Shown piece after piece: positions 9,738-21,924 of a DNA stretch of 64,000 nucleotides. Location: the NCBI RefSeq assembly GCF_000142905.1, contig NW_013657662.1, positions 124,001-188,000 on the forward strand. The letters run 5' to 3'. Positions within the stretch are counted from its first letter, which is position 1. Each line of letters starts with the position of its first letter. The notes beneath the pieces were generated by a model. That model was given only the letters and a program-made list of their open reading frames with translations. It was not told the DNA's origin and searched no databases. Made by a program: the position numbers and the translations under genes. Source of the stretch: Thecamonas trahens ATCC 50062. Its lineage: Eukaryota > Protista > Apusomonadida.

Positions 9738-12481
9738 TCAGCGCTGCTCGGCAAGCGATTTGATGAGCGCGAGCGCCGACGCAAATTGGGTAAACCAATA
9801 CGTGTCCTGCGTCGACTCGGCAGCCCGCGGCCGGTAGTACGTCTCGATAAACTCGCGATTGAGCTCAAGCCACGGCGTGCCGGAGCGGACGAGAACGTAA
9901 GTAAAGACCGGGAAAAATCGTCCGCACCAGGCACTGATCCGGACGACGCCAGCAGCTCCATCAAAAGCACTGCTGTGTTGCGGATGACGGCAAGCTTGGA
10001 GCGTGGCGACTTGTGGAGATTGAGCGTGCCTATGGCTTCTTGCGCCGCGCTCCACGGGGCCTGATCGAGAAACTCGGGCGCGATCTGGAGCGCTTCGTCA
10101 CTCGGCTCGATGTTACTCAGGCGCTTGAGCCACGCCATCGAGACGTCGACCGTCTTGTTGCCCTTGGCCCACCCGTGTGGCCGTGGGTAGAAGACCACCG
10201 AGTAGATCTGCGACATGACCGCCATTTCGAGCGTTGTTCGCGCGTCGAGCTCCTCGAACAGCTGTGTCGGGAGCTTGGACTCGGTGAGGACTCTGCCCCA
10301 CACGTCGCTGCGCGGCGAGAGCAACGACACCGGGCCGGCGTCGTCGGCCGATGTGCCGGCCGAGCTCGAGCTTGCGCCATCAGCGCTGGCTGCCGACCCT
10401 GCGGCGACGCCCGACTCGGCCAGCCGAGCCTCAAGCAGGTCCATGAGCTTGACCACCGCGTCGGAACGCTCGTCGTTGCGGATGAGCGACGAAAACTTGG
10501 CCTTGAACGTCTCCACCTCGGCCGCGTGCGCGTCAAGCACATGCTGCACTGCTGCCAGCTGCTGGTAGTTGAGCGAGAGCTTGATGGCGTCGTGGACCCG
10601 GTCGATGTCCGCCTCGAGCGCTGCGTACGCGAGGACCAGCTCCTCGTGAACTCCCTCCAGGTAGCTCGAGTACGTCCGCCGCGCCTCCAGGTCGGCAATG
10701 AGCGAGACGAGGACCGGGACGTAGCCAGCGGCGGCATAAGACTCGGGCAGGGCAGCAAGCGACGCTTGCGCCTTGTCGAGGAGAACAACCATGCGCGGTG
10801 AGCGGTGCGCGAGTCGATGCGCCGCCGCCTCAAGCACAGCTGGCACCGAGTCGAGGAGCATGTCGTGCGCCCGGAGTGGCAGCTCGGTAAAGACCGAGCG
10901 GAGCGTGGTTTTGGCGATGGCGAGCGCGGGCGGGTCGGCGGCGGTAGCGGCGGCGACAGCCGGCGCGCTTGCTGCCACTACAGCGTCCTCGGGCTGAATG
11001 GCAACTGCCCACGGCCGGTCGGGCCTCTCGTCCCCGGGCGCCCAGACAGCAGCAGTGGCAGCGTCGTTGAGCGGGAGCAGGTACACGGCGTTGGACGGCG
11101 CGGCAGCCGCAAGCTTCTCTGCGTCGAGCTTCTTGAGGCGAGCGAGAAAGACTGACATCTTCGAGTCGCGGTTGCCGGTCCGTGCGTCGAGAATGGGCGC
11201 GGTCTTGGCCATGCATGCCACCAGCGCCAGGATCTGGGGCATGGAGAGTGTAGCCCACGCGGTGCGCCCAAGGCCAGGCTGGACGGCCGGGATGGCGAGA
11301 GTGAGAGTGGCAAGCGGGAGCGGCGACATGACAGCGGTGACAATGTCGTCGGCGTTGATGGCGGCGAGCCGGTCAACAAGCGGCGCAAGGTACGACTCGC
11401 GGAAGAGCCGCTTCGGTTCGCCGGAGATGGCACCCTGCACGGCTTTGGCGAGAAGAGTGAGGTTGCGGCGGGCAAGCTGCGGAACGACCGTGTCGGCGAG
11501 CACTCCATACGGCTCGGGCGTGATGATGGCAGGGACAATGAGCCGACGGAACAGAATCTCGGTCACCAGCTTGGTCTGGGCTGCCTCGGGGTTATCCAGC
11601 TCGAGCGCCTCGACCGCCGACGCTGCAACCGACGAGAGGACGGCGCGGAACCCGGTCGGCAGCAGCACAATGTGGTTGCGGATGGCATTGAGAACCGAGC
11701 TGACGGCGTCGACCATGCGGTCGAAGCGGCCGGTAAGGACCTTGATCATGTTAGGGTGCGACGGAAGGGTGGCGTCGGCTTTGACATTGGCCAGGTACTG
11801 GCACTGCTTCTCGGATTCAGGCATGCGGGCCAGCAGCAGGGCGGGCACCAGCTCGAGATCGAGCTCCGGATCAGCGAGGAGCGAGACCAATGGCTCACGG
11901 AGAACAGCAACAAGAAACGACTGGAACTCAAACGAGTACGATTTGCAGTAGAGGACAAGCATGCGGACGCCGATGGAGCGCGGGTGGAGAAAGTCGGCGA
12001 GCGATGCGGACATGGCGAGCGTCCGCTTTAGAATGGCCCCGGTCAGCCGGACGAGAGCATACTCTTCGACCGGTCCGTGGTGGTTGTGGAAGAGGCCAAG
12101 GACCACCGCATCGGTCAGCGCGTCCAGCTCGGCCATCGACAGCTCGCGCGAGAGCAGCGCGTCCTCGATGTACTCGGGCGCCGTCCGCAAGAGCGAGACA
12201 AACTCGGTGACGTCGACCTGCTTGGAGCCAAAGACGGCCAGCGAGGTGACCAGCTCGACGGAAGCCGCACTGCCCACCACGTCTGTGATGTGGATCTTGT
12301 TGTTCACCAGCGCCTCCACCCGCTTGCGCAGCACCCTGTCTGTCGCCGTCAGCCGAGCCAGACTCTCGCATCGCCCGGCCATGTCCCTCCGCAGCGCCGC
12401 CAGGGTGGCTTGGGCCGACTTGACCCGCAGGCTTTCCTTGGTCAGTAGCGTGTGTACCCGGACGCATAGCTCTCCAGCCAT
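9738..12481 (-). CDS. RasGAP-like + VPS9 domain protein (GAPVD1/Gapex-5-like); needs a -1 shift at about 9913-9917
   Basis: ILFRRLIVPAIITPEPYG...RRNLTLLAKAVQ (RasGAP); APWSAAQEAI...KSPRSKL...PGADD. The VPS9 end (FFPVFTYVLVR...YWFTQFASAL) is in the -1 frame. Confidence 0.85.
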
Positions 12482-12853
12482 TGGTCTGCGGGGTTGTGGT
12501 AGAGATGTGTGTTTGTCTGTGTGTGTGTGTGTCTGTCTGTGTGTGTGTGGCCTTTGTGCGGAGAGTTCTGTCGGTCGCTGGCATGACAGCCGGGGGGGGG
12601 TATTGTGGTGATGATGATGGTGATGGGGACGATGGTGGTGAGGATGGTGGGGATGGGGGTGGAAATGGCTGAGATGGTGGTTATGGCAAAGGGTATGCGA
12701 TGATTATGGCCATGATGACCTGACCCTGTGGCTTATCCATGTCAATGACGATGCCCCTGTTCCTGCCGTTGCGCACACCACCAACGGTCTCTCCCCTCAG
12801 GCCACCGCCACCACCACTGCCCCCCACACTCGACTAGGGACACGGCGACTGCC

Positions 12854-14687
12854 ATGGCCAAAGTTGTCATCAATGAACCAGTCCATAGGTACGTACCAAC
12901 CGCCATGATGATGGCATACTTGGCGAGGGGGGGGGGGGAGGGAGGGAGGGGGTGTCCACTGCGCGCGCTCTCCACGCTCTGCCCCCCCCTCCCCCTCCAG
13001 CCGAGCCAACCGCCACCAGTCAGCCACTTGGAGCAAAGCAAGGAGGAGCAGGCAGCCGGCCAGGCCACCCGCTAGCCACCACCGGGCACTTGCCACTTGT
13101 CAAGTCATGGAACTTCAATGGAAGCAAGGACTCACATCGGTTGGATTGTTCTTCACATCGGTTGCCTCGGCTTCGTCTGTGATGTGATGGCTTCGGGACG
13201 CACATCGGGGGTGGGCGGCGGACAGGGTGGCGCCAGAGCCCGTCTCGTCAGGCATCTCGTTCCGAAAGCTGCCGAGGGCGAGCCTGATTGAGCTTGGGCG
13301 AGTGTGTGATCACTACGAGGCCAAGGGCGCAGGGACGTATGGGCGCGGATCCAAGGCAACGCGGTATGTGTACGACATGGCCAAGGAGGTACGGCAGATC
13401 ATCCGCGGGCTGGAGGAGGAGGAGCGCGCTGCCTCGCTCCACACCCAGCACCTGGAGCGCATCGTGGGTGAGTGGCATGATGTCTTTGGCCGCCTCGGCT
13501 CGCCCGAGCTGGCTGAGCACTTTCCGGCAGGCACCAAGTTGACGCCGGCGTCGCTCTACGCCAAGCTGCGAGAGTATGCCGAGCGTATCCGTAGCCTCGA
13601 GTCGACGCTTCAGCGGCTGTCGGCAGCTACGGGCGACCGTGACGCCAAGTATGAGGTCGCGCTGGCCGAGGCCGAAGCGCTGGCGGCTGCCCGCCTCGAC
13701 GCGGCGCTAGCCGAGCAGGCGCGCGAGGCCAAGGCCGCAGCAGACAAGGCGGCGCGCGATGCGGATGCCCGAATTGCCGCTGCCGAGGCCCGTTATGTCG
13801 AGGCCTGCCGCGATGTGTTTGAGTACAAGTCTGCTGAGGGCAACGCCCGGGTTCGCGAGCTCGCCACGCAGCTCGAGCGCGAGCGCGCAGCCAACATTGA
13901 GCTTGGCAAGGAGAACGAGTTGCTGCTGCACACGCTCCAAGGCCAGCTCGAGGTTCAGTACGCAGCGTCCGAGGCGCGGTGGCAGAATCTGCTGGCCACC
14001 TCCGAGGCGGCGCACGCGTCGGAGCTCGAGGCACAGGCACAGTACTACGAGAGCATCATTGACGCGCTTGAAGCCGGCCTTCCGGCAACGGCGTCGGCGG
14101 CCGACAAGCGGCTCGGCCAGCTGCTGACCCAGCTGACGCGGGCGCGCGAGGACCGCGCCATGCGCGCTGCCGGCGGCGGCTCTGCAGCCGCACAGATGCC
14201 GCTGCCGCGGCTGCGGCCCGACAATCCGGAGCAGTGGGAGGACAACACCGTGTCGTGGCGGTCGATGTACGAGGCCAAGCGCAAGGAACTGGCCTTTCAG
14301 CTGGCTGCCAACGCAGCGCTGGTCAAGGAGCTTGCTCACCTCCAGACGCGTGGCGAGACGCCGGCCGCCGCTGCCGCCCTCGGCCCGAAGCTGGAGGACG
14401 CCCGCCAGAACGAGGCCATGCTCCAGGCCCGGATTGAGCAGCTGATGGATATGATCCAGGCCATGGAGCACGAACGCAACAACGCCGAGCTCATGGCTGC
14501 GCGCACCGCCGTCTCGGACCTGCGCGTGCCGTGGGCGCTTCCCTACGTCTCCTCGCTCCGCAAGCAGCGCCGCAACGAGCCATACGCACCCGCCTTTGTC
14601 GGCACCGGCATCGCCGAAGCTGCTGCACAAGCCGAGGCCCACAACCATGATCAGGCCCTTGACCAGCTCCGTGTCGTCCACCACTAG
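12854..14687 (+). CDS. Coiled-coil protein of unknown function; exons 12854-12888 and 13226-14687
   Basis: MAKVVINEPVH AG|GTACGT donor and GACAG|G acceptor are phase-compatible with the 13227 ORF; long Ala/Glu-rich heptad-like sequence. Confidence 0.65.
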
Positions 14688-14811
14688 ATGCTTAAACGCA
14701 GGCCACAGTTTACCCCTCCTCATCGCAGCACCGTTCCACCCCAAACACAAGCCCGATGCAGCGAGAGGAGAGGCCGGGCGGGAGGCCAGGTCACTCGTCG
14801 CTCGTTCGCCA

Positions 14812-15891
14812 ATGGTTGCCACTCGCCGTTCGCGGCGCCGCCAGCCGAGCGCCAGCCCTGTGGCCAAGCCGAGCCCTGCAAAGACACGACGGAGCCGCCG
14901 GAGCAAAGCACCTTCCCCAGCAGCACCACCTTCACCCTCACCGTCACCCTCATCGTCACCCCCACCACCTCGCCGCACCCGCGCCCGCCGCGCCGCCACC
15001 CACACCGCCGCCGAGGATGACAGCCAGGATGATGGCGAGTTCGACTCGGGCACCGAGCCCGCCCCCGAGTCGGGCACGGACTCGGACTCGGCTGTGGAGA
15101 GCATGGACGCAGAGGAAGCATCCGACTCTGCCGCTGGCCCCCTGTCGGATGCTGCTTCCGATGCCGGCACCGACGACGCCAGCGAAGAGGATGCCGAGGA
15201 CGAGGCTGAGGACGGCGACGACGGCGCCGCCGAGGTCAGCGACGGTGAAGAGGCCGTGTCGCCCGCCACACACACAGACGCTGCACGCTCAACTGGCCCA
15301 CTGCTCTCGCTGGACGTGCTCGAAGCGCTGGAGGAGGTCGATGCGGCGACAGAGGCAACATCGTCGGGCGCTGGGAGGAGTAAGGCGAAGCGGAAGCGCA
15401 AGCTGACCGGTGACGAGGCTGTGGCCTTTGCCCTCGCCGAGGCTCGGCGAGCCAAGCGCGCCAAGCGTGAGCAGCGCGTGTCGTCGGCTCACACCGGGTT
15501 CCGCGTCGAGACGCTCGACTCGATCAGCCTCGAGGCGACCGGCCACGCCCGCGCGGCGGCCGCCAACGCATTTGTCCGCCGCACTAAGAAGCGAGTCGCC
15601 CGCTCTCGGGATGTCTTCCTCAAGCGCGGCCTCGACAAGCGCAAGACCAAGGCCAAGCTCTCCCGGACCGACAAGGCCATGCAAGCTGCACTCGCCTCGG
15701 TCGGCGTCGCCCTCACCGACAAGCAGATCCTGGCCACCACCGGCAACAAGTCTATGTCCAAGTACAAGCGCCGCAAGCTCAAGAACCGCCGCCGCGATGC
15801 CCGCGATCGCATGGTCAAGGCCCGCCATCCCTCGCAGCTCCTCGACAGCATCTTTGCCGAGGTCAACGGCAAGCGATCGCAGAAGCAATGA
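14812..15891 (+). CDS. Low-complexity acidic/basic protein, possibly nucleolar
   Basis: MVATRRSRRR start, acidic D/E tract, Lys/Arg-rich C-terminal half; AATAAA follows the stop at about 15907. Confidence 0.55.
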   Translation: MVATRRSRRRQPSASPVAKPSPAKTRRSRRSKAPSPAAPPSPSPSPSSSPPPPRRTRARRAATHTAAEDDSQDDGEFDSGTEPAPESGTDSDSAVESMDAEEASDSAAGPLSDAASDAGTDDASEEDAEDEAEDGDDGAAEVSDGEEAVSPATHTDAARSTGPLLSLDVLEALEEVDAATEATSSGAGRSKAKRKRKLTGDEAVAFALAEARRAKRAKREQRVSSAHTGFRVETLDSISLEATGHARAAAANAFVRRTKKRVARSRDVFLKRGLDKRKTKAKLSRTDKAMQAALASVGVALTDKQILATTGNKSMSKYKRRKLKNRRRDARDRMVKARHPSQLLDSIFAEVNGKRSQKQ

Positions 15892-15962
15892 CATCATTTG
15901 GGTTGCAATAAACAATTCGTTTGGCTTTGTTGAGGGAGAATAGTAAAGTAGCAAGGCGCCGC

Positions 15963-18506
15963 TCACTGCGACAGTGCAGCAAGCGCGTCATCAAAGGCCG
16001 CGATGACACGTTCGCAGTCGGCTTCTGTCACGCACACCGGCGGCTTGACCTTGAGCACGTTGTGGCCCGGACCGTCGGGCGAGACAAAGATGTGCCACTT
16101 GTGCCGAATGTGCTCCACGACCTTGCGCGCAGCTTCGCCGTCAGCCTCGAAGCTCTCGCGGTCGGTCACCAGCTCGACGCCGATGAAGAGGCCGATGCCG
16201 CGGACGTCGCCCACCATGGGGTACTTGTCCTTGAGCGCAGCGAGGCCGGTCATGAGCTGGTCGCCGCGCACAACGGCGTTGGCCTGAAGGCCCTCGGCCT
16301 CGATCGTCTCGAGCACCGCCAGGCCGACCGCCATCGACACCGGGTTACCGCCGTAGGTGTTGAAGTAGTCCATGCCGTTGTTAAAGGCGTCGGCGACGGC
16401 CCGGGTGGTGACGACGCCGGCCACTGGGTGGCCGTTGCCCATCGGCTTGCCGATCGTCACAATGTCCGGCACCACGCCCTGCGTCTCGAACGCCCAAAAG
16501 TGCGAGCCGACGCGGCCAAACCCGGTCTGCACCTCGTCGGCAATCGTCACGCCGCCGGCGCCGCGGATCGCATCGTACATCCCGGCGAGGTACCCGTCCG
16601 GCAGCACAATCTGCCCACCACATCCGATGATCGACTCGCAGTAAAAGGCGTTGATCTTCTGACCGGCCGCCTTGACGTCGGCCACAATCTTGGCTCCGAC
16701 CGCGGCGCCGTCACACGCTGCTGGGTCGCGGTACTTGTGCGGCAGCGGCGCCACGTGGACGTGCTGCGGCTTGCCCACACCACCGGGCGCATCAAACTTG
16801 TACGGCGAGAGCTCGATGAGCGAGCTGAGGTGGCCATGGTATGCGCCCTCCATCACCACCGACGCGTTGCCGCCAGTCGCCACCCGTGCCAGCCGCAGCG
16901 CGAGGTCGTTGGCCTCTGAGCCTGAGTTGACAAAGAACACCACGCAGAGCTCTTCAGGGAACTTGGCGAGCAGCTTCTCGCCGTAGTTGATGAGGTTGCT
17001 GTGCAAGTAGCGGGAGTTGGTGTTGAGGACCGCCATCTGCGCGGCGCCGGCCGCCACCACCCGCGGGTGGCAGTGCCCGACGTGACACACATTGTTGACG
17101 CAGTCGAGGTACTGCGTCCCATCAGCGGCGTACAGGTACTGCCCCTCGCCGCGGACAATGTGCAGCGGCTTGTCAAAGAGCAGCGTAAAGTTGGGCGCAA
17201 GAACAGCCTCTCGCCGTGCCACCATCGCGTCCTCCTCGGCCCGGCTCGACGACGCCGACGACGCTGACGCCTCGCTCGACGCCTCGTTCTCATTCTCGCC
17301 GCCCATCCGGAGCAAAATGTTGCCGTTGGGCGTGAGCGCATCGAACACCCCCGCCGCCTCAGCTGCCATCGGCTCACTGAAGCCCAGCTCGTTGCCACAG
17401 AGATCAAGCGCCAGCTGGAACCAGACCCGACCGGCCTCGGCCGCCTTGCCAATCTCGGTCCCGGCCACAAGGGCAAGGCCGACGTCGAGTCCGGCCGCCG
17501 CACCGGCGTCCAGCCCTGAGTATACCGTGTAGAAGGTGGAAATCTGTGCCTGCGCCGCCACCCGGGCATCAAGCACATCACCGATGGCATGCGCCATGAC
17601 CACCACGTCGCCATCGGCGGTGCTGCCAAGCGCGTGGACGCTGCCGCCGAGCACGGCGCACACGGTCGCACCCGGCACAGTGGTTACCGCCGTGTGGATC
17701 GATGCCTTCCCGCTCGGCCGCAGTGTGGCAGGCGAGCCCACCACCAGCGGCGCAACTGCAAGGTCTGGGTTAGCCAAAGCCGTCTTTAGCAGCGCCGCGC
17801 CGGGAACCGCATCGGCGAGGCCAGCAGCGGCGCGGAGCCGATACCGCGCCCACCGAGGATGGACGGCCGAGAGCGCCGCGAGCGCCTCACCGCTCGCCTT
17901 GGTCCCCTCAGCAAGAGCGGCCTGGGCCACAGCAGCAAGCATGGTGTCAAAGAACAGATCGAGCTCGTGCCCGGCCAGCGGTGCGATGGCGGTGTAGCCG
18001 GCGACGACGGCGGCGGCAGCCTCGATCGGGTCGGCGGCCGAGGCGGCGAGCGCCGCGCACGACTGAGCAAGATGAATCACTCGCAGCTGCGGGAGCATAG
18101 GCAGCTCGCCTGCGGCAAACGAGACCTTCCCGTCCTGAGCAACAGTCACGTTGGTCGGGAGGAGCGGGCCGTGCGCGGCGACGACGAGCGCGCCGCGGCC
18201 AGCCTTGGCTATGAGCTGCGGCGCAGCCTGGAGTGCCCAGCGGCGGAGCGCCTTGCCAATCATGGGTGCAAGGATGTCATCGATAGTGCCGAGGGCGATG
18301 GCGCGTGGCAAGGCAAAGAGGTCCGCGTTGGTGGCAGCAGCAATGGTGTCGTCGTTCTGCGGCAGCGGACCGACAGTCCGTGCCGCCAGCTCGCCAATCT
18401 TGCAAAGGAGTGACGTCGACGTGATAGAGTCGGTGTCGGCAAGCAGGGTACCCGAGGGAAGCACCGTAGTAGGAGATGCAATGGCAGGAACGGTGGACAT
18501 AGGCAT
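15963..18506 (-). CDS. Fusion of degenerate APH/choline-kinase-like remnant + degenerate M23-like segment + class III PLP aminotransferase/phospho-lyase (ETNPPL/PHYKPL-like), copy B
   Basis: [57 protein letters not shown] (PLP lysine), [17 protein letters not shown]. Confidence 0.9.
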   Translation of the reverse strand: MPMSTVPAIASPTTVLPSGTLLADTDSITSTSLLCKIGELAARTVGPLPQNDDTIAAATNADLFALPRAIALGTIDDILAPMIGKALRRWALQAAPQLIAKAGRGALVVAAHGPLLPTNVTVAQDGKVSFAAGELPMLPQLRVIHLAQSCAALAASAADPIEAAAAVVAGYTAIAPLAGHELDLFFDTMLAAVAQAALAEGTKASGEALAALSAVHPRWARYRLRAAAGLADAVPGAALLKTALANPDLAVAPLVVGSPATLRPSGKASIHTAVTTVPGATVCAVLGGSVHALGSTADGDVVVMAHAIGDVLDARVAAQAQISTFYTVYSGLDAGAAAGLDVGLALVAGTEIGKAAEAGRVWFQLALDLCGNELGFSEPMAAEAAGVFDALTPNGNILLRMGGENENEASSEASASSASSSRAEEDAMVARREAVLAPNFTLLFDKPLHIVRGEGQYLYAADGTQYLDCVNNVCHVGHCHPRVVAAGAAQMAVLNTNSRYLHSNLINYGEKLLAKFPEELCVVFFVNSGSEANDLALRLARVATGGNASVVMEGAYHGHLSSLIELSPYKFDAPGGVGKPQHVHVAPLPHKYRDPAACDGAAVGAKIVADVKAAGQKINAFYCESIIGCGGQIVLPDGYLAGMYDAIRGAGGVTIADEVQTGFGRVGSHFWAFETQGVVPDIVTIGKPMGNGHPVAGVVTTRAVADAFNNGMDYFNTYGGNPVSMAVGLAVLETIEAEGLQANAVVRGDQLMTGLAALKDKYPMVGDVRGIGLFIGVELVTDRESFEADGEAARKVVEHIRHKWHIFVSPDGPGHNVLKVKPPVCVTEADCERVIAAFDDALAALSQ

Positions 18507-18657
18507 GGCAAGTTGGAAAGACGAGTGCGGGGGTTGCGGGTGTTGGGGAAAGGTGCGGGTGGTGCGGGGGTGGGGAGGGGTGGCCGACCGCGCCGGGACC
18601 ACGTGGACATTACATTGTTCGAATTCGGGGTACGCGTCACTGCGGCGTCACGCGGTG

Positions 18658-21465
18658 TTATGTGAGGGGCTGGCTCGAACTTGCGACGTCGCCAGCCTCG
18701 ACACGGGTGAGTGCATCGTCGAGGGCGGCGATGACCCGCTCGCAGTCGGCGTGCGAGAGGCAGAGCGGCGGCTTGAGCTTGAGCACGTTGTGCAGCGGGC
18801 CGTCGGTCGAGACAAACGTCCGCCAATGCCTGCGTATGTGCTCAACAACGGCGTCGATCTCCGGAACAGCGGGCTCCTTGGTGGCGGCGTCGCGGACAAG
18901 CTCGACGCCGATGAAGAGGCCCATGCCACGGACATCGCCAATGAGCGGGTGCCGTGCCTGGAGGGCGCGAAAGCCGGCGAGGAGCTGGGCGCCGCGCGCA
19001 GCCGCGTTGGCCATAAGCCCATCGGCGTCGATGGCATCCAGGACGGCGGCGCCGACCGCCATCGACACCGGATTCCCACCAAAGGTCGAGAAGAACTCCA
19101 TGCCGTTGTGAAAGGCGTCGGCAATGGCACGGGTAGTGACAACACCCGCGAGCGGGTGACCGTTGCCCATCGGCTTGCCGAGTGTCACAATGTCCGGTAC
19201 CACGCCCTGGCTCTCAAAGGCCCACATGAACGAGCCGACACGCCCAAAGCCGACCTGGACCTCGTCGGCGACAGTGACGCCACCGGCGGCGCGAACAGCA
19301 GCGTACAGGTCGGCGAGGTAGCCGTCTGGCAGCACAACCTGCCCGCCGCAGCCGAGCACCGACTCGGCGAAGAGCGCGGTGACCTTCTGGCCGGCGGCAG
19401 CGATGGACGCGAGCGCGGCGGCGCCCGCCGCCCCGCCGTCACACGCTTCGGGATGCCGGTACGGATCAGGCATGGGCACAACGTGGACATGGTCACTCTG
19501 GCCGGAGCCGCCCCTGCCGTTGAATTTGTACGGCGAGAGCTCGATAAGCGAGCTGAGGTGGCCGTGGTACGCACCGTCGAGGACAATGCAGGCATCGCCA
19601 CCGGAGGCGGCGCGCGCGAGACGCAGCGCGAGGTCGTTGGCTTCGGAGCCCGAGTTGACGAAAAAGGCGACACAGAGCTCGTCCGGGAACGTGGCCAGCA
19701 GCTTCTCGGCGTAGTCGAGGACGTTGGTGTGCAGGTAGCGCGTATTGGTGTTGAGGACCGCTATCTGCGCGGCGGCGGCAGCGACTACCCGCGGGTGGCA
19801 GTGCCCGACGTGGCACACGTTGTTGACACAGTCGAGGTACTGCGTCCCGTCAGCGGCGTAAAGATACTGACCCTCGCCACGGACAATGTGCAGCGGCTCG
19901 TCAAACGAGAGCGAGAGGTTGGGCGAGAGGACAGCGGTGCGACGAGCGATGAGCGCGTCCTCGACCTCGCGCGATGCAGTGTCACGCTCTCTGTGCGTCT
20001 CGCCCAGCGCTGGGAAGCGGAGGAGGAGGTTTGGATCCGGAGTGAGCGACGCGTACAGCGGAGCGTGACGAAGCTGGGCAACACCCTCAAAGTCGCCGTT
20101 CTTGCCACACATGTGGAGCATGATCTGAAAGTGCAAGTGCGGCGGCCAGCCGCCGTTAACCTCGACGTCACCGAGCGCGCCGACAACGGCACCGGCAGGC
20201 ACATGCATGCCGACCTGAAGGCCGGCAAGCGAGTCGATCGAGAGATGGCCATAGAGGGTGTAGAAAGTGTCAATCCCGGCTGCAGCGCCTCCGCCCGCCG
20301 CCACGTTCAAAGCCGCCACAGAGTGAGCGAGTACAACCGTCGGGCCGTAGTCCTGGAACGCGGCGTTGACCGCAAACGAGTGGACCTGGCCGGGCAGAAG
20401 AGCACAGACCTCGGTTCCGGCAGGCGCGAAAACGTCAACGCCGAGATGCATCGACCGGCGGGGAAGGGACTGAGGCCCGTCGGCGCGTCGTGGGGCATCG
20501 CCTGGCGCCGCCGGCGCCGGAAGAGGCGCGTACGCGTCGGTGCCGTAAATCGAACGGTCTTCGAGGTACTGGCCGAGGCCAAACTCGGCTCCGGCGGCCG
20601 CCAGCGCGGCATCAACAGCCGCAGTAAACATGGCCGGATCGGCGACATCGGTAGCGGTGACGTGCGGCGAGTTGGCCGACAAGTCCAGGACAAGGAAAGA
20701 GTCCTGAGCGGCGGCGCGGCGAGCGACGGCCGGGTCAGCAAAGAGCGACGGAAGCGTACGCGCAGGATCGCCGAGGGCTGCAACAAGCTGTGCAGTGCCG
20801 GGAACCGGGTCAGGGAGGCCCATCGCGGCGCGGAGGCGAAAGTGGACCCAGTCACGCGAGAGCGACGATAGGCTCGAAAGTAGATACGCCGCGCTCGAGG
20901 TTGCGGCCGGGTCGGCGATAACAGCCGTGAGCAGCGAGGCGAGGACTGCGTCAAACGCCACCTCGAGTTCGAGGTCAGTGAGCGGCGCGACAGTGGCGTA
21001 GCCGGCGACCACCGCAGCGAGCGCCTCGATCGGGTCCGGGTCGCCTGCGGCGAGCACTCTCGCGAGGCAGGCCAAGTCCTCGATGCGCAAGCAGACTGGG
21101 CGTGGAGCATCCTGCGCGGGCTCCAGTGCCACCGTCTGCGAGCCGCTGACAACGATGTCGTCGTGACCGGTGAGGGCGAGTCCGTGCACGACCGCCTTTG
21201 GCCGCGCGAGTGCATCGGCCGCCAGCATGCGCGAGCGGGTAGCCCAGCTCCGAGCGACGATCTGAGCAAAGGAGACAAAATCCGAGGCAAAGCCCGACAA
21301 GGTACCTTCATCCAGCGCACGCGGGAGGATCATTCTCGGTAGGCCGGTATCTGCGCCAGCAGCGCTTGTCGCCACGTGCGACTCTGCCAGGAGCCGGCCG
21401 GCCGAGCACAGCACATCGCGATGAAGCGGGAGCGGGAGAGTGGAGGCTCGAGCGGAGGTGGCCAT
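18658..21465 (-). CDS. Fusion of degenerate APH-like remnant + intact-looking peptidase M23 domain + class III PLP aminotransferase/phospho-lyase, copy A
   Basis: M23 motifs HLGVD (HxxxD), YTLYGHL and PPHLHFQI (HxH); same aminotransferase motifs as the adjacent copy (TLGKPMGNG). Confidence 0.9.
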   Translation of the reverse strand: MATSARASTLPLPLHRDVLCSAGRLLAESHVATSAAGADTGLPRMILPRALDEGTLSGFASDFVSFAQIVARSWATRSRMLAADALARPKAVVHGLALTGHDDIVVSGSQTVALEPAQDAPRPVCLRIEDLACLARVLAAGDPDPIEALAAVVAGYATVAPLTDLELEVAFDAVLASLLTAVIADPAATSSAAYLLSSLSSLSRDWVHFRLRAAMGLPDPVPGTAQLVAALGDPARTLPSLFADPAVARRAAAQDSFLVLDLSANSPHVTATDVADPAMFTAAVDAALAAAGAEFGLGQYLEDRSIYGTDAYAPLPAPAAPGDAPRRADGPQSLPRRSMHLGVDVFAPAGTEVCALLPGQVHSFAVNAAFQDYGPTVVLAHSVAALNVAAGGGAAAGIDTFYTLYGHLSIDSLAGLQVGMHVPAGAVVGALGDVEVNGGWPPHLHFQIMLHMCGKNGDFEGVAQLRHAPLYASLTPDPNLLLRFPALGETHRERDTASREVEDALIARRTAVLSPNLSLSFDEPLHIVRGEGQYLYAADGTQYLDCVNNVCHVGHCHPRVVAAAAAQIAVLNTNTRYLHTNVLDYAEKLLATFPDELCVAFFVNSGSEANDLALRLARAASGGDACIVLDGAYHGHLSSLIELSPYKFNGRGGSGQSDHVHVVPMPDPYRHPEACDGGAAGAAALASIAAAGQKVTALFAESVLGCGGQVVLPDGYLADLYAAVRAAGGVTVADEVQVGFGRVGSFMWAFESQGVVPDIVTLGKPMGNGHPLAGVVTTRAIADAFHNGMEFFSTFGGNPVSMAVGAAVLDAIDADGLMANAAARGAQLLAGFRALQARHPLIGDVRGMGLFIGVELVRDAATKEPAVPEIDAVVEHIRRHWRTFVSTDGPLHNVLKLKPPLCLSHADCERVIAALDDALTRVEAGDVASSSQPLT

Positions 21466-21515
21466 GGCTCAGGGTGTGCGGGGTGTGTGCGGGGTGTGGT
21501 GTGCGTACGTGAGTG

Positions 21516-21568
<53 letters not shown>

Positions 21569-21721
21569 TGTGCGACTCGGTTGCTGACAGCAACAGGTGT
21601 GATGTGGCGTGTGGCGTGTGGCGTGTGGCGTGTGGCGTGTGGCCATTCGAGGCCACTCCGGCTTGTTTGGTCAGACGCAAACCAGCAGTGCAACACCCGT
21701 CTCCAGTTTAGCCAGGCCAGG

Positions 21722-21835
21722 ATGGCGACTGCTGACAGCGTGTACTCGGAGATCATCAGCTCGTTGATGGAAGAGGTCCAGGATGACTTTGCTGCCCAGG
21801 GAGTGGATGCTAGCTTTGTTGCCCAGATGGGCATG
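21722..21835 (+). CDS. Exon 1 of TFIIA large (alpha/beta) subunit; the rest of the gene is lost in the assembly gap
   Basis: MATADSVYSEIISSLMEEVQDDFAAQGVDASFVAQM matches the TFIIA-L N-terminal pattern (LYxxVIxxVIxxVRxxFxxxGVDxxV); GTACGT donor at 21836. Confidence 0.65.
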
Positions 21836-21924
21836 GTACGTGTGTGTGTGTGTGTGTGTAGGGAGGGGGTGGTGGGTGGTGGTGTTGGGTGGGTGCGGTG
21901 GTGGCGAGTCGGGAGGAGGGGGTC

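Noticed and set aside
13107-13226. ATG ORF separated from the 13227 ORF by a single in-frame TGA (possible readthrough or selenocysteine)
   Set aside because: A phase-compatible intron (12889-13225) explains the gene start more simply, and no SECIS evidence was seen.
18617-18626. GTTCGAATTC, similar to a tRNA T-loop/B-box
   Set aside because: No cloverleaf stems or A-box could be built around it.
18151-20871. 906-aa plus-strand ORF, and similar long antisense or alternate-frame ORFs (13707-15464, 43301-44836, 58054-59625, 40908-42770)
   Set aside because: They are shadows of well-supported genes; high GC and biased codon usage suppress stops in other frames, and no family motifs are present.
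21603-21643. (GTGGCGT)n 7-bp repeat in the aminotransferase/TFIIA divergent spacer as a specific regulatory array
   Set aside because: It cannot be distinguished from slippage-derived variation of the neighbouring (GT)n tract.
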